Source of the DNA: Flaccisagitta enflata
Lineage: Eukaryota
NCBI GenBank assembly: GCA_965153355.1
Contig: OZ231126.1
Coordinates: 19,964,001 to 20,028,000, forward strand
DNA length: 64,000 nt
Direction: 5' to 3'
Under the pieces are notes generated by a model, which was not told the origin of the DNA, did no database searches, and was given only the letters and a program-made list of their open reading frames with translations. Numbering within the stretch: the first letter of the stretch is position 1; each line of letters starts with the position of its first letter. Position numbers and translations under genes: made by a program. This document shows, in pieces, positions 35,256 to 47,532 of the stretch.

Positions 35256-38200
35256 CTGTAAAAGCAAAGAAAGGGAGATAGAGAAAGGGAAAAGCCCGGG
35301 ATGTAAAGAAGTCCCAATTGAAATCATTAGCTTTTTATAAAGCAAGCGTTGCCATAGTTCAAATGGAAATCTCATCAAGCAAGTCAGATAAACCTTGATC
35401 ATTGATCATCATTGCAGACCATTGTGATCATATCAAAGCAAACAGAGCGAATCACTCGATTGAAAAAAAATTGCCACATTCTCGGTCAAAGCAGATCAAA
35501 TCATACAGTTTTAGGATACACAAAAATTGCAGATCAAATCACAGTTTCAGGATACACAAAAATTGCAAAATACACGGCTTTACATCATATCCGTTGGTCA
35601 GTCCATACTTCGAGCGCACCTTTCAATCTTTCTAATTTTGTTGATACACTAGCCAAGCAAGCTGAGTAACACTTCAGATATGAAATAAGCACAAATACAG
35701 CCTTTAAGAATTTAGGTGTAGTTAATATGTGAAAAAGCTTAAAAACAACAGTCCTCGACTGTAGTCTATTTGGTGTCTGACCCGGCTACTCAGTCAGACC
35801 TGGCTACAAAGTCAGACCCGGCTACTCAGTCAGACCCGGCTACTCAGTCAGACCCGGCTACTCAGTCAGACCCGGCTACTCAGTCAGACCCGGCTACTCA
35901 GTCTGACCCGGCTACTCAGTCTGACCCGGCTACTCAGTCTGACCCGGCTACTCAGTCTGACCCGGCTACTCAGTCTGACCCGGCTACTCAGTCTGACCCG
36001 GCTACTCAGTCTGACCCGGCTACTCAGTCTGACCCAGCTACTCAGTCTGACCCGGCTACTCAGTCTGACCCGGCTACTCAGTCTGACCCGGCTACTCAGT
36101 CTGACCCGGCTACTCAGTCTGACCCGGCTACTCAGTCTGACCCGGCTACTCAGTCTGACCCGGCTACTCAGTCTGACCCAGCTACTCAGTCTGACCCAGC
36201 TACTCAGTCTGACCCAGCTACCAATTACATACCTTAACGTCCAAAAAAAAAAAATTCAAAAAGAAAAAAATTTTTCAAACAAAAAAAATTTTTTTCAAAA
36301 AAAAATTTTCAAAAAAATTTTTTTTTCAAAAAAAAAAAATTTTCAAAAAAAAATTTTTTCAAAAAAAAATTTGTTTATCAAAAAAAAATTTGTTTATCAA
36401 AAAAAAAAAAAAATTTTATATAAAAATCTTTTTTCAAAATTTTTTTTTTTTTTTCGAAAAAAAAATTCTTAAGTCCAGGAAATAATGTTACTAGATACAT
36501 CATAAATACCCTTATATTTTCTTAACCAATATTCAGAATTTATTGAAATCTTGCAGGGGAGCTTTAATCGATGCAATGAACCTTCACAACAAGTTTGAAC
36601 AACATTGCTGAACCTTTACTACCCTTCCCCAATGTAAATTGCACAAGTCCAGGAATTAATATTACTAGCAAAATACCCTAATATCTTCTAAACCAATACT
36701 CGGAATTATCTGAAATCTTGCAGGGGAGCTTTAATTGATGCAATAAATCTAAACAACAAGTTTGAACAACATTGGTGAACCTTTACTACCCTTCCCCTAT
36801 GTAAATTGCACAAGTCCAGGAATTGATATTACTACAAAAATAATAGGCAAAGGGTATCAAATATTTATGAATGTTGTTTAAAGTTGGTACACAGGTTAGT
36901 AATGCCCCAAAAACAACACTGACCAAGTTTCATCAACATCTGAGTTGTGGTTCTCAAGTTTTTAAGGGTTGACACGACGACACACAACAACAACACACGA
37001 CTCACTACACGATCAAGGCTATGTTATAGTCCTCGACGTAAACTGATCGTCGAGGACAAAAAGCAGGTGCCGTAAAAAAAACAAAAAACAAGGCCGGATA
37101 CACGGCTACCCTTGTCGCGTGTGGGTAGGCAGGAGCAATACTGGTGAAGGATACCAGGGCAACTGGGCAGGAGCCATATGCTCAAAAAGCTCAAAACGTC
37201 GAATAAGTAAAAAGGGGACCAACCGACCAACCGACAGACCAACATAGCGGGGTGTAGAGTCGCGTAGCACGCGACTAAAAACCTAGAGCAAAATTAACAG
37301 CGCCAATTTCAATAACCTAGAAAAATGAATGAGACGTGATTGCGATTTCCAATGAACCCGCCCTTGATGTGAATTTGGTCATCAGATGTTCAGGCTGATT
37401 GAGAAAAACAAATCAATGGGATTTTAAAAGCATTTACAAGGGCTTGAGACCTAAGGATTCAATGAAATAATTTGCTGCAAACAGCAGTTCAAATTTACTG
37501 TTTAAACAGCAGTTCAAATTATAGAAGATTATAAGAATTGCTCCAGTGTGGGCCCGTGTTTTTAATACTGTTAGGCTTGAGAAACGAGACAAGTTTTTGA
37601 ATCAACAGGATGATATCGCGAAGGCATTCTGATAAGTATCGGTATATGTTATCAATGTTAATTGGGGAGGTAAAAGTTGAAACCTGCATAACGATCATTC
37701 AACCAAAATCAAGTACCGTAGCAATTGAAACCAATTCAGGTCATAAACGATTGTAAACCTGACCATTTGGGTCAATATTTGGACAATTAGGTCATGATTC
37801 GACCAACTTAGTCTTAGAAGATAAAAGTTACGGACTTACCGCTGTACTTTTCCGTTGTTGGTACGTCGTAGCTGGATGGGTCATCCGCTGGCCAATGATG
37901 CTCAACCAGAGCCAAGTAGGCCGCCACGCCGACGAATGCCCCCAAGTGAGGACCAATCACAGGAATCCAAGCGTAACTATTGGGTTTACGGACAGACAAG
38001 GGAGTCCAAAAAAAAAAAGAGAAGGGCAGATAGGGAGGGGTGAAAAGGGAAGGGTCAACGAAACAGACTTAAATAATGTAATAGTTAAAAGGCATCAATT
38101 GGTGCAGACTTCACACCAACCTCATGTGAGTGAAGGTTGCCGTTCCATAGCCAGCCACCAAAGTGAAAAGGCGAGGTCCTAGATCACGGGCGGGATTGAT

Positions 38201-41200
38201 AGCGTAGCCTGTGGGAGAAAAAGTGGAAGAGATCACAGGTCAGTATACCATGAATCAAGAAGACAGGGGCAGAGGCAGTTTGAGGCAAGGGGGGCTGTAA
38301 TACTCAAAAATCAACAGTTCAGTCGATTTCGCGTCATGTAAATTTCGCGTCACCTTCCCACCTACAAGCTACAGAAACCCTCTTCTAGAGTCGCTTGGCG
38401 AGCAATGCTTCTTTAAACGGAAGCAGGGGGATCGCTAATGTGTATCCAGGGAAAATGCCATCGACTACATCTACGACAATGATGATCAAGTCTGGTCTAA
38501 AAGATCAAAACAAGGGTGGAGCAGGGACCTATCGTTCCACCTATATTGGCACAGGTAACATTTACTAACACCCTGCATTGAAAAGTTGTAGATTGACTGC
38601 GTAGGGATTTGTAGGAGTAATCAATTGACACTCTTTTGGGCATGAAACTAATGACGATTAGCCCGCTGATGATACTGAATGCCAAGAACTCATGCATACA
38701 AGTAAGTGTTAATCGCTCCTAGATTAGCTTCTTACAGATTATTTAATATTTATCCACTGCGATTGACCACAAAGATTTATCAACCCACCCGGGTTAACCG
38801 TCCTTCACGCATCTAATTTGATAAGTTCCACACCCACGCTCTTGCATTGACAACATGAAAATATTCTACCTACCTGCATTGGTTCCAAGTGAAAGGCCAA
38901 TTGCCAAAACGGCCAGACCGACCAAAAGTGGGACAAAGCCCTTGTGAGGTCCGCTGTTGTTAGCATCAGTCAACGCCATGACGAAGAGGAGCAATAAGGC
39001 CGTGCCCAAAATCTGCGGTAGAATTATATATTCGCGCGTTTTAAAATATATAATTAGAGTATGAATCAAAACCAAAATCGCCCGCAGTTCAAAATCAACC
39101 GACCCACTGATGGACTGACCTACCCACACCGCAACAGAGTCGCGAGTCTGCGACTAAAAAATTAACGCCAGATCTACATGAATCTGTGCACATAATTGTT
39201 ATCAGACTCAGCAGCTTTCCCCACAGAATTCCCGGCAGATCAACCATCAAGTGCCTTTCAAATCGAAGCGGCTAGATAATAATACGTAGTGCATTAGTGC
39301 AGTATTCAAGTTTTCCAACTGACCTGATCTCCGAGCAGCTGTCCTGTCGTGACATTTGGGTAAGGGTAAGTAGCGAAGATCCCGGCCGTGCCAGGAACCG
39401 CAAATCCTTTAGCCTTGATCAAATCGTAATAAACTCCGTAAACGACCGCAGCGCCGCAAAAAGCGCCGAGATATTGACCCGCCATGTAAACCGGCACCGA
39501 AATCCACTTCAAACGACCTGAAGAAGCGTTGACAAATCGAAAAAAATAACTACATTTCTGACATGAGGTTGTCGAGAAAAAGTTGAAGTCAGTCTTCGAC
39601 TTTATGACATATTTGAGAGAAACATGGTTTTCATTTTCTTATGGGGAATTATAGATTCTCTATCGAGCGAATAAGCCCTCAAATGAAATTAATAGGGTAT
39701 AAGTAAATTCAATAATTCTCTTTCATTTGGCGCCAAGCAAATATTTTTCGCGTTATGATTTTTTAAAGATTTATTTACTAAAAATTCCATTAAATTTTTT
39801 ATTTATTTATTATGATTTTAGGTAGAGTCAATAAAGAAGTATTTGTTTGTTTGAGCATGCAAACACAACAAAATATGTTTATGAGCATAGCTGCTCATCT
39901 GTGAGGGTGTTTGAGTATTTTAGCTCATTTTACTCAATCTTTTTTTCTGATTTTGAATGCAATAAATAAATATATATTCTAATACATGTTTGAACAAGCA
40001 GATACAAGAAAGCATGTCATTGAGCAAAGCTGCTTATCTGTGAGGGTGTAAGTTTTCTGGCTCATCTAGTTCAGCTTTTTTTCTGATTTTAAATAAAATG
40101 AATGTTTTAATTTAGGCATGCAAATAAAATGTTTTAATAAGAGCATGCAAATACAAGAAAGCATGTCAGTGAGCATAGTTGGTTATCTGGTTGAGTGTTT
40201 GAGTATTTCAGCTCATCTATCTCATTTGGCTCAGTTCTATTTTTCTCTGATTTTCAATGCAATCAATATAACATCTGTCGCATAATTATTGTCACAACTT
40301 CAAATGAGAAAAAACTATACTAAATATTGACCTAGTGTCATGGAATTTGAATAGTAAATAGCCAAGAACCACTTGTTTCAGAATCAAGAATGCTCAAAAT
40401 ATTTGTGACCTTGTAAACCACAGTAATTTGTTTAAATTGTAAAACCAAAAAACAGATTTTTATCAATATTTAACTGAATATTTAGAATTGATCAAAAGCC
40501 TCTACTGTTGATCATTTCTAATGGATAGCAATCAATGTGCCACAGCTTTAGTGAACTACGAGATTGTATTCATACCTGTAAGTCTAATCTTTGAAGGATT
40601 GGAATCAAAGAACTCAGAAAATGGGTATAAAACAAGATTACAGTTCTAGATTTCCTATCATTATCTTTTTTTCAAAATTGTCAATATATTTGTCTTACTT
40701 CTATATTAAAAAGGTTATTTGGTCAAAAATACTTTCTTTTTATTAAATAAATACTAGTTTTCAAATTATTGAAAAAAATAAACCAATACTGAAAAATACT
40801 TACAAAGTGTTCTATTGCTGTGACGATAATTACGCGACAGATGTTACATCTTGATTTAATCTAACAAAAAAAATTATAATCACTGAAGACAATTGGTAAC
40901 AGGTCGCCCAAGGGCAATATGTGGTCAGCGATACCCGTTGCCCTGCTTTGAGTGATTGTGAATTGGAGTGAGGGGAAGCAGGGCAGCGGCCCCGAAGGGG
41001 ACGAAGTCCTGTAGAACACAGGGGGACTTTCATTCGTCCTGCCTGAAGAAGTGGATGAGATGCTATAGAGGGCTGACTGAAGGCCTTCAAGAGCCTTAAC
41101 TGAGGTCTTAGAAGGCTGACGTAAGGCCTAAGAATGCCAATCGGAAGCTTGAGATGGCGGACTTGAGGCATGAGAGGGCTAGATTAAGGTTTGAAAGGTC

Positions 41201-42377
41201 AGAGGACTGATTTAAAGCCTGAGAGCAATAAATTGAGGCTGAGACAGCTGATTTGAAGCCTGAGTGATCAAATTTGAGGCCTGAGAGGCCAGGTTTGAGG
41301 CCCGAGAATATGGTTTTGAGGCCTGAGAAGCCTAATTTGAGGCCTGAGAGGCCAGTTTTGAGGCCTGAGAGGTTAGATTTGAGGCCTGAGAGGCTGTATT
41401 GGAGGCCTGAGAGGCTGTATTGGAGGCCTGAGAGGCCGGATTTGAGGCCTGAGGCCGGATTTGAGGCCTGAGAGGCTAGATTTGAGGCCTGAGAAGCCTA
41501 ATTTGAGGCCTGAGAGGCCAGTTTTGAGGCCTGAGAGGTTAAATTTGAGGCTTGAGAGGCCTAATTTGAGGCCTGAGAGACTAGATTTGAGGCCTGAGAG
41601 GCCATATTTGAGGTCTCAGAGGCCAAATTTGAGGCCTGAGGGGCCTGATGGGGGGGACGAACGGACGAACGAACGGACGGACGGACGAACGAAAGTCCCC
41701 CTGTGTTCTACAGGACTTCGTCCCCTTCGGGGCCGCTGCCCTAAAAGTGACCAATGCTTACGACTATTTTCCTCACGGGTATACTTGGGCCAGGTTAGAA
41801 TCCGATAGTCTTGCGGTAGGCAAAAGTACATATATGAAACCTGATAACGGATCAGTCAAACAGAATTCCAACTATGATAAATGTTTATACAGTTTCTTCT
41901 TTTCAATCAATTTTCCCCCCAAACTATATGTAATTTTTTTAGATAAATGAAGGCAAATTTCAATGATGTGTGTGTTTGTATTTGCTTTTATATGAAAATA
42001 TATCTATAACAGATTAACTGTTGGTCCCCTGAATTCCTTTAGAGCGGTATGGAACTGCCCAGCATTGTAAATAAAGCTTCGAAATTTTCACTCGCACTCC
42101 CGACATTGATTAACCACTCACCTATAACAGCCATGACTAATGTAACGGCGGGATTGATATGTCCTCCTGAGACGCCTCCCGAAACGTATACGCCGAACGC
42201 CACCGCCATGGCGTAACCAAAGTTCACCGAAAGATATCCGCCGAGCGCCTTGTCCGTGAGCACCATCTGCGCCACAGCGCCATCGCCCAAAACGATCAAG
42301 ACGAAAGTCCCCAAAAACTCAGCGAAAAATTGACGTAGTAAAGGATTGCGAATGCGCAGTTTTTCAACGAACGACAT
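35233..42377 (-). CDS. Glp: Aquaglyceroporin (MIP family, AQP3/7/9/10-like), 6 coding exons, ~278 aa
   Basis: Exons 42377-42122, 39517-39324, 39012-38874, 38208-38121, 37976-37840 and 35255-35233 have GT-AG sites and consistent phases. Motifs: [42 protein letters not shown] and WIPVIGP. The Asp after the second NPA marks glycerol facilitators. Confidence 0.93.
35741..37061 (-). mobile_element. HINE-like element family C carrying internal satellites
   Basis: GTCCTCGAC subTIR/IR at both ends (~35750 and ~37029-37056). It contains the 18-bp array and a ~173-bp duplication (36471-36835). Confidence 0.5.
35775..36220. repeat. 18-bp minisatellite (GTCTGACCCGGCTACTCA), ~25 copies
   Basis: Near-perfect tandem array. 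Confidence 0.95.
37081..37281 (-). mobile_element. HINE-like family A copy
   Basis: Reverse complement of the family A termini (AACAAGGCCGGATACACGGC ... GCACGCGACTAAAA). Confidence 0.7.
37840..37976 (-). CDS. Glp: Aquaglyceroporin coding exon 5
   Basis: ccaatag acceptor and G|GTAAGT donor; encodes [29 protein letters not shown]. Confidence 0.9.
38121..38208 (-). CDS. Glp: Aquaglyceroporin coding exon 4 (NPARD)
   Basis: ctcccacag acceptor and AG|GTTGGT donor; encodes [22 protein letters not shown]. Confidence 0.93.
38874..39012 (-). CDS. Glp: Aquaglyceroporin coding exon 3
   Basis: ctaccgcag acceptor and G|GTAGGT donor; encodes [16 protein letters not shown]...IGLSLGTNA. Confidence 0.92.
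39324..39517 (-). CDS. Glp: Aquaglyceroporin coding exon 2
   Basis: cttcttcag acceptor and CAG|GTCAGT donor; encodes [20 protein letters not shown]...GIFATYP. Confidence 0.93.
39590..40270 (+). repeat. ~700-bp AT-rich dispersed repeat; second copy at ~48378-49130 (interrupted by a family A insertion)
   Basis: Shared blocks GAGAGAAACATGG, TTCTCTTTCATTTGGCGCCAAGCA, GCATGCAAATACAAGAAAGCATGTCAGTGA and CATTTGGCTCAGTTCTATTTTTCTCTGATTTTCA. Confidence 0.8.
40890..41746 (-). mobile_element. Interspersed element family B: 52-bp subterminal inverted repeats enclosing a 21-bp minisatellite (TTGAGGCCTGAGAGG...)
   Basis: Perfect IR at 40980-41031 / 41691-41742. A related copy occupies 1-530 (+), and a relic lies at ~63410-63530. 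Confidence 0.7.
42122..42377 (-). CDS. Glp: Aquaglyceroporin coding exon 1 (MSFVEKLR...[11 protein letters not shown])
   Basis: ATG in an aaccATG context; G|GTGAGT donor. An acceptor (tttttgcag) at 42410-42412 implies an upstream non-coding exon. Confidence 0.93.
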
Positions 42378-42514
42378 GGTTTCAGTCTTACAGTTTATCA
42401 AGCGTTTGACTGCAAAAAGGTTTGAAAAACTTCCGTATTTATGGTCGCCCCGTCACAGGGTTCAAGATTTTCCTAATTGAGAATTGTAACGCAAATAGGC
42501 CGTGCGTGCAAATT

Positions 42515-42954
42515 GGGCTATCATCTAGTATCCGGGATTGAGTATAACTGTTTCATTAAAGACGCATAATGAAAAAGTTCCATTGAAATTGACATCTACC
42601 ATGATCTAAAACAAGTAGCGCCACCCCTAACCCTAACACCTCCCCTACCCCTAACCCCACCCTTAACCCTAACCGCACCCCTAACCTTAACCCTAACCCT
42701 TATCCCTAAACCTAACCCCTAACCCCACCCCTAACCCTAACCCCACCCCTAACCCTAACCCCACCCCTAACCTTAACCCTACCCCTAACCCTAACCCTTA
42801 ACCCAAACCCCACTCCTAACCCTAACCCCTAACCCTAACCTCACTACTAACCCTAACCCTAACCCCACTCCTAACCCTAACCCCACCCCTAACCCTAACC
42901 CTAAACATGAATAGCGTAAAATGAATGTCAATCCCGGATTCTAGATGATTGCCC
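42515..42954. mobile_element. TIR element carrying a degenerate (CCCTAA)n tract (~42620-42905)
   Basis: 27-bp TIR GGGCTATCATCTAGTATCCGGGATTGA / TCAATCCCGGATTCTAGATGATTGCCC, flanked by AAATT on both sides. Confidence 0.8.
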
Positions 42955-43599
42955 AAATTGCTTGAGCAATCAAATCCCGCTATAACGAATCCGAGAGTAA
43001 CGAAAATCTGAATATAACAAATTCTTTGCCCCTTTAAAACAATTTTCTTTATATCCTATTTTCGCAATGATAAAAATCCGTCATAAATAATTTGTATTAA
43101 CATCCGTTATTGCGGGATGTAACAGAATTGTCTTGAGGAAAAAAATCACTTAACCCGAAAAACGTTGTCACATTTTGAACGAAGCTACGACTACCAGGTA
43201 GATCATTTTTCTACGAGTAGGAGACGTTTGAACTTATTTCAAACATGGCAAATATGAGCTTCGTGGTTAAAATTATTAGGGGAGGAGCACATCGTGAAAA
43301 TTGATTCATTCTTTTTTGTTAACAAGTACGGCATACTGACATATAATTGTTTGTTACCCATCGGTGCAGGGATAAAGTTTTTTTGCCAAAAGGAAAAGGC
43401 TCAATTTCAAACTCGTTTTATATATTTTTTTTCAAATTGGTTGATCTTTTTTTCTTTGTGAAGAATTGCTTGCGATGAGTGATAGAGAATCCGGGCTTAG
43501 CGAGATAAAGCGGATAATAGGTAGGCATTCAAAGCTTAAACGAAAAGACATAGCTTGGTAATTCAAAGGTTTATCGTAAATTGAAGAAAAACATTTTTT

Positions 43600-43806
43600 T
43601 TAAGTCGCGTGCTACGCGACTCAACACCCCGCTTTGTCGGTCCGTCCGTCGGTCCGTCCGTCGGTCCGTCCGTCCATCCGTCACACTTTTCTTGGGTTTT
43701 TGCGGTTTTTGGCCTTACTGCTCCTGCCCAAATGATCTGCTGACCTCAATTATGGCCCCTGCCCACCCGCACGCGACTGGGGTAGCCGTGTATCCGGCCT
43801 TGTTTT
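43600..43806 (+). mobile_element. Helentron-associated (HINE/DINE-1-like) short interspersed repeat, family A, representative copy
   Basis: T-run, AGTCGCGTGCTACGCGACT hairpin/subTIR, (CCGT/CGGT)n microsatellite, inverted GCACGCGACT, 3' stem-loop GCCGTGTATCCGGC, T-run. Related copies lie at ~15826-15903(-), 18940-19135(-), 19880-20567(-), 31329-31488(+), 37081-37281(-), 39110-39160(-), 46073-46280(+), 48578-48788(-), 57361-57635(-), 59898-60048(-) and 60063-60236(+). The classification rests on structure only. Confidence 0.7.
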
Positions 43807-45468
43807 AAGTGTAACGAGTGACAGATGACAGATGCAAGGTTGTCACAAACACGTGTGGATGGAGCATGGAGGGCACTGGTGCAGACATTCGGGCCAGCTT
43901 AGAGACGCATTGTAATCTATCCTTAACGCTCAGTTTCACAACTGACCATGGATGTAGGGGAGCTTAGAGATTCGCCAGGCCACGTCTACTTAGCATATCA
44001 AGACTGAGTCAGGATCAAGACTAACTTATGCAAAAAAAGAAAATTGTAAAACATTGTAATTTTCCTACTTTTTTCATCGTTTATAAATATAAAATCTTCC
44101 ATCTAAACGCTTTTTCGTGATATTTCAAACAAACTCAGTTGCATTTTTTTTGCTTTTTAGGCGGTTTTTCAAAGAAATTTCTAATTTTCCAACCCTGAAT
44201 CACTCTTAATTCAAGACCGACTTACTTTTCGAGGCCGAATTTTACTAAGTTCATGGACGTGGTGGACGTGGGTCCCATACATTCATACAACTGACCAAAC
44301 CGACAGACCGACCGGGCGTCGGAACTAATCAGTGAACAAATAATAGAAGAAAATCACATGGTCTAGAGCAAAACATATACCGATAATGAAAACGAGCGGG
44401 TCTGTAACAAAAGCATAATCCGTCAGTCAATTGTCATCGGACGATTTTAAGCCGTGAGTAAGCAATTACTACGAATTAAGCAGGATAATCAGAGACAATC
44501 TACTATCATTTGTGCATTTAGGTTGATAGTTAATGAGACGATTGTCGAAAAGAATGTCTCCCTAAGAGAAAACGATCGAAAAGAGCTTGAACTAAAAAGG
44601 GAAAATTAATGAAGATAGCGATATACCGTATTGCATTGATCACGAGCCATGAGTCGGATAACCTCCTTTCGTGATAAGGAAAAGATAAGGAGAGAACTTT
44701 TAAGGTGAATAAGTCACTCTTGAATCTAGAATCTTTTAAGGGGGAAACTTCGAGTTTGATTCGAACCTCTGCATTTTTGTATTCGATCAAATCTCTAATG
44801 ACTATTTTAATTTGATCACAGTTTAATGTGTCTCCAATGAAAATTGCCCTTGCCATCCCCTTTCAAAAAATGACCTCTCTTTCCGAAAAAGTCACGGTGA
44901 ACTAAATTTCGCATGGAGAAATCAACATGGGTGAGAGAGAGAGAGAAAAAAAAAACTTGTCAGTATATTTTCAGTGAAGGAAATCCGAGATACCAGGCAG
45001 AGAACATCATCTCCAGGAGTTTATGAAAAGGGTTTTTTTTTTTCATTTATCTTAATGCGAGAACGAATGGATGAAGATCCATAAAAAAATATTTTTTTAG
45101 AGATCAAGATGAGAGGGAAATGGGCCGCTCCCAATAAATCGCAATTTTTTAAAAAGTTTAATTTGATTATGCGGGTATTAAATTCAACATGGAAAATTTT
45201 ACAATACAATCATACAATACAATACGGGTATTCAAGTTAACATTGTAAATTTTACAATACTATTTCATAATCACAGTCAGTTTCTTCTATTATTTCCCAT
45301 CAAATTGAATTTGTCCTATCAATTTTTTCCCCAGAAAGAGATTAGAAAGTTTGTGTATTGAAGTATAACTAATTCATGAACTAACACCACTTAGCAATTG
45401 ACCAAGGCGCGAAAAAAAATTATCGGTCACATCCTAGTAACCTTGACGAAACAAAACTTTTTACTCAC

Positions 45469-45830
45469 TTCGACTCAACAAAAAAGAAAAATGTTCCGAG
45501 GAAGAATCGAAAGACGTAGAAAACTGATCTATGAAGAACAGACGCTAACATGAAGAATTAAGAATACATAACATTAACAAGAGGCCATAGATGAGTGACA
45601 GGAGGGAAAAAGTGAAATTGGATTAAGAAGGTGAGAACCGAGGAGATTGGAGACAGCGAAAAAGTTGTGAGGCTATATCAAAAAGCACTGATAGACGAAC
45701 CAACCGACCTAACCAGCGCCCACTGTGTCTGTGACATGACAGACGCGCATGCGTTGAAGTTTACAAACCGTGGAGATGGGATTGACAATCGGATAAAAGT
45801 CGTAAGTCATGCGAGGGCGCGGGATTTATA
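45469..45830 (-). promoter_or_regulatory. Candidate aquaglyceroporin promoter (TATAAAT at 45830-45824) and non-coding first exon ending at a GTGAGT donor (45468)
   Basis: TATA-like box and consensus donor on the minus strand, upstream of the 42410 acceptor; no transcript evidence. Confidence 0.35.
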
Positions 45831-46072
45831 ATGGGAAAGAGCGTTTGGTACAGACTAAACTCTTTTTGGGAAGTACACCCTCGTCCAGGCGAATGACAGG
45901 TCCTTGCTTGCGTCGGCGATGAAAGAAAATTCGGTTATAACGAGCAGTCGATACAAAAAAAAAGTTGTTTTAAACTTGGCCGGTTGCACGATCATTATTG
46001 GGAACATGCTATCGGATAGGGGCATCAGAATCATACTAAGACGCAATCTTATGGATGCCTTCAGTCATCTTC

Positions 46073-46280
46073 TTTTTAGTCGCGTGCTACGCGACTCTAC
46101 AATCCGCTTTGTCGGTCCGTCGGTCCGTCCGTCCATCGGTCCATCCGTCACACTTTACTTTTTCGGCGCTAATGGGGGTTTTGGCCTTATTGCTCCTGCC
46201 CAAATATTCCACTGACCTCAATTATAACCCCTGCCCACCCGCACGTGACTGGGGTAACCGTGTATCCGGCCTTGTTTTTT
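46073..46280 (+). mobile_element. HINE-like family A copy
   Basis: Colinear with 43600-43806. Confidence 0.7.
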
Positions 46281-46625
46281 CACCGACTACAGAGTTCTTT
46301 TTGGAGGTGAATCTTTACCTTTAACATGAACCCGAATTCCAGGAGACGATCAAAACAGTTGAATGCTAGTTCTAAATGTAACGAAAACTTTTAATTCGAG
46401 GACTGAGGGTCAAAGTCGAGTCAGATATCTCAACAATTAAAAAGACTTCACGGGAAGATTCGATGAGGCCGCCTTGCTCTTTATCTCTTTCACGGTGACG
46501 AAAATAATAGAGTTGAGTTCGAGTCTTCAGGGAGGCATAATAATCAATTAATTCATCGCGCCGGTTAGAAGTAATTGAATGGATTATTTTCCCTATTTTG
46601 TAACAACATTGAATTGAAAAAGTCA

Positions 46626-46910
46626 ACCCCGACCCTAACCATACCCCACACCTACCGTCATATCCAATCCTGCCCCTACACCCAACCCTATCCCTCCACC
46701 CAACCCCAACCCCATCACTAAACCCAACCCTATCCCTAAACCCAATTTTACTCCTAAACCCATCCCTAAACCTAACCCTACCTATAAAGCCCTTTTAACT
46801 CCTAAACACAACTCTACCCCGAAACCTAACCCTACCCCGAAACCCAACCCTACCCCTAAACCCAACCCCACCCCTATACCCAACTCTACCCCTAGACCAA
46901 ACCTTAAAAT
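46626..46910. repeat. Degenerate (CCCTAA/CCCAA)-like tract
   Basis: C-rich, telomere-like hexamer variants. Confidence 0.7.
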
Positions 46911-47079
46911 CTAACTTTACCCTCTTCAAATGTTCCACCCTGTTACATTCCGAAATAAACGTGAGGTCAGAAAACTGCAAACTCAGTACAAGGCCAGTTT
47001 TTACACCTAGACCCGGGATGGCTTCGGATAATCGTCCATAATATTTCTTTTTTAATTTTTTAATTCTTTTTTTTTTATT

Positions 47080-47532
47080 TTTTTTTAGGTGCGCCATAGC
47101 ACCTCTACAAGAGACTCTGTCTGTCCGTCATGCTCGAATAAAAAATAGCTGAAAATGTCTTAAATCAATTGAAAACTCATTTCGTACATCATTTAATTGA
47201 TGGTTCTTGTCATTTCGTTCACTAAAATAATCAGCTTCGGTTAGGTCTGATAGAGCTGGGGATAGGTCTGATAGAGCTGAGGATAGGTCTGATAGAGCTG
47301 GTGATAGGTCGGTTAGGTCTGGGGATAGGTCTGATAGAGCTGAGGAAAGGTCTGCTAGAGCTCGGAATAGGTCTGCTTGAGTTCGGGATAGGTCTGAAGG
47401 AGCTCGGAATAGGTCTGCTAGAGCTAGAGATAGGTCTGATAGAGCTAGGGTTATGTTTGGTCTAGGGATAGGTCTAGGAATTAATTACGCCAGGCGCACC
47501 GTCTTGGCCCGTGTATCCGGCCTTGTTTTTTT
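47080..47532 (+). mobile_element. HINE-like variant with an internal ~19-bp minisatellite (GGATAGGTCTGATAGAGCT)
   Basis: T-run, GGTGCGCC subTIR ... GGCGCACC, and the same CGTGTATCCGGCCTTGTT 3' end as family A. Confidence 0.6.

Noticed and set aside
35770-36237. 155-aa (SDPATQ)n ORF
   Set aside because: An 18-bp minisatellite inside a repeat element within an aquaporin intron; non-ATG start, and open only because the unit lacks stops.
42620-42905. True telomere or chromosome-fusion scar
   Set aside because: Short, degenerate, in a single orientation and enclosed by TIRs.
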